Shown here one piece after another: positions 41,538-53,540 of a stretch of 64,000 nucleotides of DNA. Source of the DNA: the human T2T-CHM13v2.0 reference genome, Homo sapiens. The notes under the pieces are model-generated. The model was not told the origin of the DNA. It did not search any database and saw only the letters and a program-made list of their open reading frames with translations. Position 1 is the stretch's first letter; each line of letters opens with the position of its first letter. The position numbers and the translations under genes are program-made. The DNA is taken from assembly GCF_009914755.1 (NCBI RefSeq), contig NC_060930.1; one strand, 5' to 3'.

Positions 41538-43959
41538 CTTCCACCCAGAGGTAATCACTGAATCACTGTTAACATTGTAATATGTAGCGTGTGTGTGTGT
41601 GTGTACATATAATTTCTTTTACAAAACTGAGTCAATACCATATGCACTTTTTTGTTTGCATTTTGCAAATGTCTTTTTATGACTATGTATAAATATCTAT
41701 CCTTTTTTAAAAAGCTCAAAAGAAAAATCTATGATTCGACCTAATAAAATAAGCATGTTATCCAAGACACTTACTAGTACTTGCTTGATGTATCATTCAG
41801 TTCAGGGATCCAAGGAGACCATTTCACATCATGCAAAAAGCTGGGAGGAATTGAGAACCTATGAGAGGGCAGGGTCCCTGGCTCAAGGAACACATGGGGG
41901 AGTGGTGAAACCCCTAAGAATGCAGGTGTAAAGGATGGACTCCTGGTGAGACTCACCTCTCTGTCCCTGGGAAGGAAAAGTGGAGGGGGGAAAGAGAGTA
42001 CAAATTAATGCAGGTATCCTCCCTTTCTCCAGCCAAACCTTCAAGTGCTGCTAGTGTTGGCTGAAGAATTGAGCTCATGATATTTTGGGAAAATTATTTT
42101 ATGAATTCTGCTGTTTATGATACTTAGGGCTTTATTCCCTTAGCAACTTCTCCTAGGACTTAGAATCCTTCTCAAAAGCTCAGAGGATTACATTTCAGAT
42201 AAGCATGCAGAATGGTGACTTATCTTAGTGGCAACTAAGAAATCTCAGTTCCTGTGTGCTCTCATTTAGTAGGCCTGCTTTATTGACTTGGTCCCCACAA
42301 ATGTGTCACAGGAAAACATCTTTCTTTCTGCTTACCACTCCCTCGCTGTCTTCCTAAAGCATCAATTCAAATCAACTCGTCTGAGAATTCTCCTGTGGGT
42401 CCCTGCTTCCTCTTGCACCACATCTAACCTTCTCTACTGAACTTGCAGCCCCCTCTGCGATCAGCTCACTGCTCCCCACTGCGGGCTCTTTCCCAGCTCC
42501 TCATTGTACTGAAGCCAGCAACACTGTGGGTTCCTTTCCAGGGCTGAGACCTTTCTTTCTTAAGGAAGGGTGAATTTGAGAACCAGATGGACTCTATCTC
42601 TAATGAACTGTGTAATACTGAATGTTATTTAACCCCTTTGAGCCTCTGTTTTCTTGTGTGATCAATAATACATAGGAGAGAATAACAAAAATGGAATAAT
42701 AAATATGATCCTATAGGGGTGTGGCTGGGTCAAACCATGCACACAGAGTGCCCTGCATTGTGCCTGGCCCTTGGCAACGGATTAAGTCACTGTGACATTC
42801 CTCTCCCCATGCTTTTCCTTTTCCCGTGTAGCCATTTTTCTGTTTAGGGCCTTTTCTCTGCTCAGTTCACAGCAGATTGTATCCTGCCTGGATGCCACTT
42901 GTTCTGGGTTGGTCTTCTTCACCTTGCTCCTGCTGGGCTGGGCTGTCCAGTTGTGCAGAGCCTGTTGGCTTTTCTTGCAGCTGAGGTTCTAGCCTCTGAC
43001 CTTCTTAGGGAATTCTGTGCCAGAACTTGGTGGCTATGGTCTCCCAGCTGCCCAAAGTCTCCACTGTCCTGATGTGCTAACACCCTTCTTGGATAAATTG
43101 TACAGGCCTTGGACGCAGAGTCAGCCTCTGGGCAGTCAGGTGGAGACTGCAGCCTGCCTCTGGACCTGCCCCCTTCCAGAACCTTTTATCTCCCCAGAAG
43201 TTCTTGGTCCTCTGTCTTCTCTAATAAATGACAGAAAGGCTCCACTGTAAAGCCATGGATGTGTCTTTCTGAGGTTAGAAGCCGCAGTGGACATTATCTT
43301 TTAAAACCACCTTTATAAAAATGCAATTTCCAGGACAATCAAAACTAAAGTTAGAAAAGGAAAAATGAAAAAAAAAATCCCTCAAATTGGACATACAAAG
43401 CATTACTATCTACAGTGGACTTCATCAGCTCTACAAGTACAGCATTAGGTCCTAACAGATGGGGTAAAGAATAGATCATTCAAATAAGAGGAAATTGAAA
43501 CTGTCTTACAAAAAAGACAAATATTTAATGTTATTGGTAGTCAAATAAATATTAGTCAAATAAATGTAATTTAAATTTTTAATGAGGTACCACTTTGCTT
43601 ATTAGATTGAAAGATTATTTTAAAATAGTAAAACCCAGTGCTGGAAAAGCTGCAGAGAAGCTGTTACGTTCACAGAGTGCTATTGTCATTGTAAATTATT
43701 ACCATCATTTTGAAAAGCAATTTGGCAGTGCATTTTAAGAGCCGTGAAAATGTTTCTGCTCTTTGATTGACAATTTTCACGTCAATAATCATGCAAAATA
43801 AAAATAATTATGTGCATGAAAGTAATCTTTGTAGGGTTGTCTACAACAGCAAAAATACACGCAATCTAAATGTCAAACAGAAGGGGAATGGTGAATTAAA
43901 CATTGCCCCGTGTCCTCAATGTAATATTGTGCAGCCATCAAAATAATCCTTCCATTTAC

Positions 43960-46150
43960 CATCTCATATTTATCTGATATCTTCATCCCCACATTGTGCA
44001 ATGAATTAGGAGGCAATCCCTTGGTTTTCTGGCCCCCTAATTATCAATCATGTGTGGCCCCATCTGTGCTTGTCATCCTTCTGCCCCTGCCCACTTTCTC
44101 AGGTTAATCTCTCCACCTGTCTTGCAGGCCTTCCCTATCTTTGTTCCCCACCATCTCACTCCCTCAATTACCTCCTCTCCCAGAAATCAACCTCAGCCTC
44201 TTGGCTGTCTCTTTTCCCTTCTTGTTGCTTTCATTTTCAAGGAAAGCTCTCCCTTGTACCTACATCTCTATCTAGCTACTGCCCTATTGCTCCCTCCCAC
44301 TTTAAGCCCACCTTCTTGTTAGAGGCACCTGCACTGACCTTTCTCACCCCTCACTGACACCCATTCACTTCAGCCTGGCTGCCCTGTGCTTTCAGCAAGG
44401 CCACCAACATCCTGGTTGCTGTGTTCAGTGAATAGTTTTTCCTTCTTGACCTTAGCTCATTTAGCCTCCCAGGGTGTACTTTGACTCTCCTTCTCCTGAA
44501 ACTGCTCTTCCTTTGATTCCCACGGCCCACTCTCTTGTCTCCCACAGTCTTGTCTCCCTCACTGAGGCTGGGATTCCATCATATGTCCTGCCTTTCTCAC
44601 TGCTCTTCTCAACATCCTTTGTCATTACCTCTTCCTCTACCCATCCTGTAAAAACAGTATTCCCGAAGGGACTGTCACTGATCCCCTTCACTTAGGTTCA
44701 TCAACTCTTTTCAACTGGAGTCAGACACGTGGGATTCAAATTCTGAATTTCTCACTTTCCAAACATGTGGCAAAGTTGTTCCACCTCTTAAGCATCAGTT
44801 TTCTTTCCTGTAAAATGGAGATAATAACAGAACCCACCCCATAGCATACCTAGTAAATGGTACAAATTCAATACATGCTAGCTATTCTTCTTCTTCTTCT
44901 TATTATTATTATATGATACCCTACTCTATTTTTTCAGTCTAGACTCTGCTGAGTTTCAGAGCAACTCTTGTATTCAATGTCCTACTGGAGGCATTTGCCT
45001 GGCTGTCCTTCCTCAAACTCCATATGTCCACAACTGCATGAACAATTTAGCTCCTCCCCAACCCCATTCCTGACCATATCTGAAAACTGGGAGACACCCT
45101 TGATACCTTTTCTCCCTTTATCTGTATTTTTCTCCTCAGGCATGTCCCATAAAATACTCCAAGTGGATTTCCCTAAGCTCATGCCCCAACCACCAGAATG
45201 GTGAAATGCTAACGTTGTAAATGCGGGAAACTCCAAGATCATAGAGGAGCCCAGGGCTGTAAGATAAAAGGAGCTGGGGCCCCAGACTGACCATGTGAAA
45301 GGCTGCCTGCCTGGCAGAAAGGCCTGCTTTGAATTTCATGTGAGAAACAATCCCCTAGTACTTTATGCCACCAAGATTTTTGAAACTATCTTTCACAGCA
45401 ACTAGACATGCTTTAACTAATATAAGTCCAAAATATCTGAAGGATTCATGAACTACTCCAGTCCCCTCTGTTACAACCCTCCGTTAAGCTTTCATAATCC
45501 TTTTTTTTAGTAGATCATTGTAACCGCCTCCTAACAGGTTTGCCTGACTTCACTCTTACCTTTCTCTAATCCATTCTCCATACAGTTGTTGGTGGGGCCT
45601 TCATAAATTGTTAGAGGATCCCAAGTTTGATTTTATCAACCATTCCTGCTTAAGGAGATCTGGCACTGATTCCCCACTACCTTCATATAAAATCCAACTC
45701 CCGCTATGCCATAAGAGGCCTTTCATGAATTGTCTCCACCTACCTGGTGTATCTGTGCTTCTGTCCTTTTGTCTTCCTGACCAGCCAGAGTTAACTACCC
45801 ACAGTCTCAGTGCCCTGTGCCAGGCTTCCTTGACTGCAAGCTTTTGGGTATGCAGCTCCCTCAGCCTGGAACACTTCCGTGTCTTCCTTACCTAGATAAC
45901 AGTTACTCATCTTTTAAGATTCAGCTCAGGTGTCACCTCCCCTGAGAGGCCTTCTGTGACTCCTCCAGGCTGGGTGAAAGTCTCCTGAGTGTCCTCATTA
46001 CCCTTATATTCACATCTTTTATAACATGCATTATACCGTCCTCATAAAATCTGTTTACTTGTCTCTGAATACAGACAATATTTTGGCGTCATTTTCTAGC
46101 ACGATGTATAGCATATAGTTAGCACTCAATAAATGCTTATTGAATCAATG
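43960..46150 (+). mobile_element. Long L2 remnant with nested MIR (~44715-44885) and MLT1 fragment (~45185-45423)
   Basis: Pyrimidine-rich L2 body ending GCACTCAATAAATGCTTATTGAATCAATGA. Confidence 0.7.
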
Positions 46151-46209
46151 ACTAGGCAAAGTATAAAAACATAATTACAATGCAACATAGAAAAGATTGA
46201 CAATAAAGA

Positions 46210-46361
46210 GCTGGGTGTGGTGGGGCATGCTTGTAATCCCAGCTACTCAGGAGGCTGAGGCAGGAAGAACACTTGAGCCAGGAGTTTGAGTCTAGCCTAG
46301 GCAACATAGCGAGACCCCATCTCTATAAAAAAGAAAAGAAAAGAAAGAAAAGAAAAGAAAA
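46210..46361 (+). mobile_element. FLAM-type Alu monomer
   Basis: Single arm plus (GAAAA)n tail. Confidence 0.85.
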
Positions 46362-48769
46362 CTATTAACAACATGCCATTTATTACTAAGTGAAAATTTG
46401 AATTGTAAACTGTATGTATAGTACACTGCACACTATGCAATAAATCTACATGAAATATATATACATGTGGATAAATTTTGGAAATAATCATTCAAGAGAC
46501 ATTTATTTAGCACCTACTTTGTGTCAGATAATAGTAATGGAAAGATTAATTAGAATTGATCCATCCTCTCAAAAAGTCTACAGTCTTGGGGTGGTGGTGG
46601 GGGTGAAGCAATCTTGTTTAGCTGATGGGAATATTGGGAAATGATTTTCTTTCAAAATTCTCTTTAATTGTTCAAAGCAATACATTTAAAAAACAGCTTG
46701 CAAACAGAGAACAGTCTATCAAATGCTGCTCATAGTAATACTGAAGTTATAAAATTCAACCTCCATTATCTTGGATCCATCTATCCACAGTAAATCCTCT
46801 ATGAGTTTTTGAGTCTGCCTACACACTGTTGCACACTTTGATCCATATTTCTTTTTGCTTCCCCACAAGATTGTCAGTCTCATGAACACAATGGATTTGT
46901 CTGATTAAACAGGTGCTGGGCAGCCCCTAACTGGCTTAATTTTGCTATCTAGTTTAAGGGTGGCCTTTCTTTTCATACAAAGCAGAAACATTGGGGTAAG
47001 GTGGGGTAGGGAAAAGTCTATGCTAGAAATGGAGAGGAACCTTTTTTGAATTACTCAACCCCAAGCCCCTGCTCACCTGCCCTTCAGGGAAACTGAGGGG
47101 AGCTGAGAACTGTGGCAAGGGGAGGCACCTTTCCTACCACATGGGGAAGCCCTGACCACATGCCCAGTGTCCTGGAGGCCAGAGTTGATGATAGTGCTGC
47201 TCCATTTTGCATGGTTCATCAGGCCTCACTTGCCCTCTTGGCCCAGACAGGGACAGAAAGAGAGGCAAACCTGCTACTGGGGGCCTGATGGCCATGCCAG
47301 GGAAGGGTGAGGGAGAGGACCATCCTGTTCTTTCCATCAACAGCTCCAGGACCTGTCATGGTCCCTGGCAAATGGCAGCCCTTAGTGAGTATGACGCTGG
47401 TGAAATGAACCAGATCAAGGCTCAAGTCTCCTGCTAGTGCCCTGTGTAACTGTGGACAACTTCACCTCTCTGAACCTCAGTTATCCCACCTGCAAAGATC
47501 ATAACTTCAAACTCCATGTAATTGTCTCGAAGAATAAAATGAAATAGTACGGAAGGAGCTTCAAAGCACTTTGAACATGTAGGGTCTATTTGAGGATGCA
47601 GGGTGGGAGGAAGGGGAGGAGCAGAAAAGACAACTATTGAGTCCTGGGCTTAACACCAGAGTGATAAAATAATTTGTACAACAAACCCTGTGATAGGAGT
47701 TTACACATGTCACAAACCTTCACATATACCCCCGAACCTTTTTTTTTGAAAAAGAGAGAGAGAGAGAGAGAGACTCCAGCCTAGGTGACCCAGTAAGACT
47801 CTCTCTTTCTCAAAAAAAAAAAAAAAAAAACGGTGGGGGGAGCCAGAGACCTTAACAGACACCTCACCAAAGAGATATCCTCATGGTACATATGCATCTG
47901 AAAGGATGCTCCACATTACATGTTATCAGGGAAATACAGATTAAAACACAAAAAGAGAGAGAGAGAGAGAAAAGAAAATGGGGGGCATGGCAGGTTGGAA
48001 GACTGCCTCTGTGTTCATTTTCAAATACACTAATTAATAGAAACAACTTTCTCATTAACATTCTCATAATCAGTAAAGTTGGTGCTCTAAGTTGTAATAG
48101 TATACATTCCTTCATAAACTCAATAAAGTTATTTTCACTCTTTATGAAAAAAATACATATGCCTTTAAATGTTATGATTTATTTCTCATGCAAAATAATG
48201 TTCATTAAGTGAATTAAACCCCAAATCTCAACTTTCCTGCAGTGTTCTGCATCCTGTGGACATGTGATGATAATAATGGTGCTTTGCTCCTTATCTAAAT
48301 TTGTGGGGAACATCAGTTGATGCTGAGCTTCCAGGATAGAAGCCCTTTGGAGTGGGGACTGCACACCTGGCATGAGGGAGGTAGGAACATCCCCGATGTG
48401 TCTGGACATGCTGAAGAAGTAGGTACCATAGAGCACTGATGCCTGAGGATGAGGGGCACCCCTGGGGACAAGCAGAAACAGAAAGAAAGGAGATATTTTT
48501 AATAGAATTCATCTTCCTCAGCATGTGTCCCCAAAAGATTACACTCCATCCAACACCATGGATCTGGACAAACAATGTAGTGTATTCAGTGGCCCTTTGT
48601 GATTTCTGTCTCTTGTAGCAACAATCTTTCTTAATAAACAGCTTCATACATCTCACCAAGCACTTGCTGTCTTGCTGAGATGTCAGCACAAGCACCTGGA
48701 TACCACCAGATAGACTTACACTTCCCAGTTGAACACTATACTGCTTATCCCCAAGAATCAAGAACAGGG

Positions 48770-48772
<3 letters not shown>

Positions 48773-48813
<41 letters not shown>

Positions 48814-48824
48814 TGTGTGTGTGT
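48773..48824. repeat. (GT)n microsatellite
   Basis: (GT)19 followed by an interruption and further GT units. Confidence 0.97.
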
Positions 48825-49377
48825 ATGCGCATGCAGATGCCCAGAGAGAGAGAAAGAAAGAGACAGAGAGACCAGAATTTCTTGCCAGTGTGGGTCTTTT
48901 CAACGTAGTTTTGTAAGGTTCTGGACAGCTTGGCTGGCTGCAGTCCTGATATTATGAAACAGAATTGATTTGCAAGGATTTGAGCCAGGAGAGGGCACAC
49001 CTGGGAGGCAGCTGTGAGATCAGCCAGAGCAAGGGTGCAAATGCTGAGGTATCTTGAAACCTACAGCAGAATAAAGGGTTGGGACAACCTGAACCAGAGC
49101 CAGAGTTTAGTGCTCCCTAATGGGGCTATTGAATTCATCAGGGCCAAGAGAGAACCATGTGCCAGCCTTTATCTTGAGAGAGGAAGGAGGTTCTGTGTGT
49201 ATATGGAAAATTAAAGGTCTGCAGAGGAGATGTAGTGAATGTGTTAAACCTGAAATTACACTGAATGATTTAGAGCTGGATTCTCACTGAAATTTCTTTA
49301 TTGCAACTATTCCAAAAAGATATCCACTATTTCAGGAGTTTCACTACACACTAAACTGACAAAGGGATTGTTTAGAT

Positions 49378-49530
49378 GAGTGTTCTCAACCCTGAGTTTT
49401 CTTTCGGGTCTTTAGAAAATACCCACTCCAGACAAAATGAATCAGAATTTCTGGGTGAGGGATCCAAAGATGGGTAGTTTTAAAAACCCTTCCATGTAAT
49501 TCTAATATGCAGCCAGGATTGAGAACTGCT
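49378..49530. mobile_element. MER5-like hAT MITE
   Basis: GTGTTCTCAACCC...GAATCAGAATTTCTGG...GATTGAGAACTGCTG. Confidence 0.75.
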
Positions 49531-51852
49531 GGCTTAGGCTGAGATGGGAATGAGATATCAAAGGAAGCTAGAGAAAGAAAGATTGTGGTTGAAAGGCTGT
49601 GATTCCTGGGCTTAGCCTCAGACAAGAAAAGTGTCCTCATGTTTATGCTTAAATAGTGCTAGAACAGAAAGAAGCAAGGCACCTCAGCCTGTGATAAATT
49701 GGTCAAAGGGTTGGCAATAATGAATTTAATCTGTGACTACCAATCAGAAGCCAAACTCTGAAGACCCCAAAACATAAACAAAACCAGACAAGCTGGTGGA
49801 TGAATAATACATTTGGTTGTATGTTTCAGTCAATGATCAAGGATTCACAGAATAGAAACCATTCAAGGTAGCGCAAGATTAGGAAGGTTTGTGGTAGAGA
49901 CCCAAAATGTAATTTCAAGGCATCAAGGGATTTGGGCTCCCAGAGCCAGGAACCAGACACTCAGGGACTGAGGTCACTCCTTTCACCTCTTGGTCATTTG
50001 ATCTTCTTCATCTCTGTTCCTCTTCACACATCTGCTTCATTCTTCCAGTGCAGTTGGCTTTCTCTGATTAAACACTTCACACAAGGTCCAACACACAAGT
50101 GGTTCAGCTCTAATTTATCACTGTCTTTCATGTCCAGAGCCCAACACTGACTCACCGTTGTTAACGTGTTTCTTAGTTCAAATTTTCAACAGAAAAGGAT
50201 CTGGTCACTAGCCCAGCAAAGGATGGCTGATCGTATCTAGCTTCAGTTGAGGTGTCAATCTCCTCCCATATACTAGGGTATGTGTGGAAAATTTCATGTA
50301 GTTTACAGGCTGAACACTTTAGGAGACCATTGGAAGGGCAGGTGCTTATATAGTAGCTATAGGCAAGGCAAGTAAAGAAGTCCATCTAATTTCCATCCAT
50401 AACTGATGAAACAGACATATTTTGCTTTCCCATCTTCTACCTTCCAAAATATGGGTGGATATAGGGGAGATAAGGAGGAGTTTGAAAGAACATGCTCTGT
50501 CTGCCCAGGACCTAGTCTAGCATCCAAAAGAGGTAACCACAGATTGGCATCACTCAAAGTCAGTCTACATATCCTCAACCATCATTTATGTACATGATTC
50601 TACATGTGTTGTCTTCCTCTGGAAATCACTGAGAAATCCATTCTTGGTAATGTTGAAGCCTAAGGATATTCAGAGATCCTGTGGTAGGTTCAATTTTAAC
50701 CTCATACTTTCTGCTACATTGTGGCATGTGAAAATGGAACATACTTAGATATTAAGGAGGATTCTCCTCCCCTTGGGCTTTTATCTGATCATTTGGAAAA
50801 TCCTCAGTTAACATGCTGTTACAGTGGTTTGACGGCTCACTTGACAGCTCTGAAATAACATTCTTGACTCTTAGATGACAATCTTGTACCGAAACACAAA
50901 ACGGCTCTTTTCAGAAATTTAGAACTTCAGCCAAGTTTTGGGTTCAAGAAAATAGTGGTGTGTGGATTTTTTTAAGCTCTCCAAATGGATAAATTGTGTG
51001 TAAACTCACTTTCTGTCCAACATCAGCTATTGCACCAAATAATTGAACTGTCATATGTCCCTTGTTCTTGTAATTAAGTTGGCTGCATTGAGGCAGGAAT
51101 AGTCTGGACTTGGGGGTCATGTTTAAAGGCAGCAACCTAGGGTAAACTTATCCTCCAACCCATGGACAGTCTGAATATCTTTTTTCCCCTCTTTGGAGCT
51201 AGAGGCAAAGTGAAGGGAGGAAAGGGTCCACAGGGAGAAGTAGGGGGAGCACTAGCAACAAATGTTGCCAATTTTCACTTTTCCCAGACCATGTGGTCCC
51301 TGAAAAGTATGGCTGTGGCCTCTGTGCAATGCCATCATGCCAATGTGCAATCATCTATTTTAGAACCTCAGATGGCATCAACTATTTTAGCTCTTGCCCA
51401 GGTACAGCTACTGCACATTCTGGGAGAAGAAAGAGAATAAGAAGACTAATATTCGTATCTTACTGACAAAACAAAACACCTTTAAAACAAAAGGATGATT
51501 TATCTGGGCTGAAAATAAAACTCCTGCCTACTGAAGTCTGGTGCAGCTGCGTTATCACGATTTTCGTCCTGTAATTTGTTTTATAGGGTACTAATTAACA
51601 GGGCAAAGTCTGAAGCCAAGAAAGTAAATCACATTTTGCTGTTTTCCTTTTCTCTAGCAAGATGCAGACCTGGTCTTTAATTAAAGCGCAAGTTCCAAGG
51701 GCGATATCAGCTACCGAAATCGGGAAAACATGGGCCGAAAAGGTCACAGTGAAACCTGCTGTGTAGAGTTCAAAAAAGATAATGGGAAAGAGAGGAATTG
51801 CACAGGCAACCTCCAAAAGAAGAGATTGTTTTCCTCAGATGTCCCTGTCTTA

Positions 51853-52419
<567 letters not shown>

Positions 52420-52677
52420 TCACTCATCCTTCACCCCTCCCCTCCCAGCTCACCCTCTTCGCCGCCTGGTCTCAGGGTCTTCTTCACTCCTTTCTACCTC
52501 TCCTTGTCTCTCTCCCATCCCATTCCTGGAAGTTCTGGACTGGAGGTGGTTGCTCTGGCTTCTCCTCCCTCCTAGGACCCTCAGATAGTGTTGGGGGCAG
52601 GGGGAGTGCGGCGGGGAGGGCACAGGATGGGCTGGCGAGGAGAGTGAGTGCTGGGCTCGCACCGGGAGCCGGGAGCC

Positions 52678-52685
52678 TGACGTCA
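52678..52685. promoter_or_regulatory. Full palindromic cAMP response element (CRE)
   Basis: TGACGTCA exact match in the proximal promoter. Confidence 0.8.
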
Positions 52686-52699
52686 CCACGCCCTGCCTG

Positions 52700-52913
52700 T
52701 CAATCTGCAGCGCGCGCCGCTCGCAGCCGCCTTTTCTGCCACCAACTGTATCTCTCACTCGCGGCGCCGGCACAGCGACAGGCGCCCCGCGCTTGCCTCC
52801 TCCCCGGCCCGGCCGCCTCCTGCAGGCAGCTGCTCTGTCTGCGCGGGGAGCTCAGCCCGGCGCCCCGCCTCGGCGCCCATGACCAGCGACTTCCAGAAGT
52901 CCTGACGCCCCAG
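52700..52913 (+). other. GPR6: GPR6 non-coding exon 1 (5' end approximate)
   Basis: Consensus donor CAG|GTGAGT at 52913/52914 within the CpG island, just downstream of CRE and GC boxes. The TSS cannot be determined from sequence. Confidence 0.75.
52879..52905 (+). other. Upstream ORF in exon 1 (MTSDFQKS*)
   Basis: ATG ACC AGC GAC TTC CAG AAG TCC TGA, ending 8 nt before the exon-1 donor; weak Kozak context (cccATGa). Confidence 0.7.
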
Positions 52914-53134
52914 GTGAGTGGCCGAGTTCCCAGGGAACTTTGAGGATGTGGGGAGAGGAGGGGAGAAAGATATCCAGGGGACAGGTCTTTCCAGAAGAGG
53001 AGAAATGGAGCCAACCTTGACTCCCACCCTCTGCTGCCCCCATACACACACCCTAGTCTCTCCTCCCAGACCCCCTTCGCAGGGGTCTCTGGGCTCCAGG
53101 ACTCTCCAGGCTTCGCAATGCCAGAAACTTCGCT

Positions 53135-53155
53135 TTCAGCACCGCGGACAGCGTC
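53135..53155 (+). promoter_or_regulatory. RE1/NRSE (REST binding site)
   Basis: TTCAGCACCGCGGACAGCGTC versus consensus TTCAGCACCACGGACAGCGCC: 19/21 with canonical half-site spacing. Confidence 0.85.
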
Positions 53156-53221
53156 TCTGCTGCCCAGCCCCATGGGGATGTCCTGGTCGCGCCGCCACAA
53201 CCCAGGCGGGACTCTCCCAGG

Positions 53222-53248
53222 ATGACACTCCTAGCTTGGTGCACTCGG
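53222..53248 (+). CDS. GPR6: Alternative GPR6 coding exon segment (MTLLAWCTR) that splices to 53541, giving a 377-aa isoform MTLLAWCTR-GANPAA-MNAS...
   Basis: ATG at 53222, 9 codons, donor CGG|GTGCGT at 53248/53249. Joining to acceptor 53540/53541 (GGT GCA AAT CCG GCC GCG ATG) is in frame; 9+6+362=377, the length I recall for the long GPR6 isoform. Confidence 0.8.
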
Positions 53249-53512
53249 GTGCGTGTGCAAATACAGGCAGCCTTGGAGAATTGATCCTTGTGCATGTGAG
53301 TGCATGTTGTCCTGGTGTATATCTGCAAAAACTCAGAAGTCCGCGTGGGCATTTCACTCACTCACTCAACAGGTATTTATTTTGGGTTCGCACTTAACCC
53401 ATGATTCCCCGATTTGCTCTGGGGTCCCAGGGTGGGGTGGGCAACTCAAGTGGGGCAATGCGAGAGGAGGCTCTACGCGTGGGGAAGTTTCCTGGCAGCC
53501 TGAAGTGTACAC

Positions 53513-53540
53513 CTGACGCCTGCACTCCCTCCCTATGCAG
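53513..53540 (+). other. GPR6: Branch point and 3' splice site of the GPR6 intron
   Basis: CTGAC branch motif at 53513-53517, pyrimidine tract CTCCCTCCCT, TATGCAG|G at 53540/53541, 18 nt before the ATG. Confidence 0.85.

Noticed and set aside
48985-48998. CTCF-like CCAGGAGAGGGCAC
   Set aside because: Mismatch at a core position; single motif hits of this quality are expected by chance in 64 kb.
51160-51170. CCATGGACAG RE1 right half-site (also TTCAGCATCACCAGAC at ~59344)
   Set aside because: Only one half-site matches in each case; not a credible full RE1.
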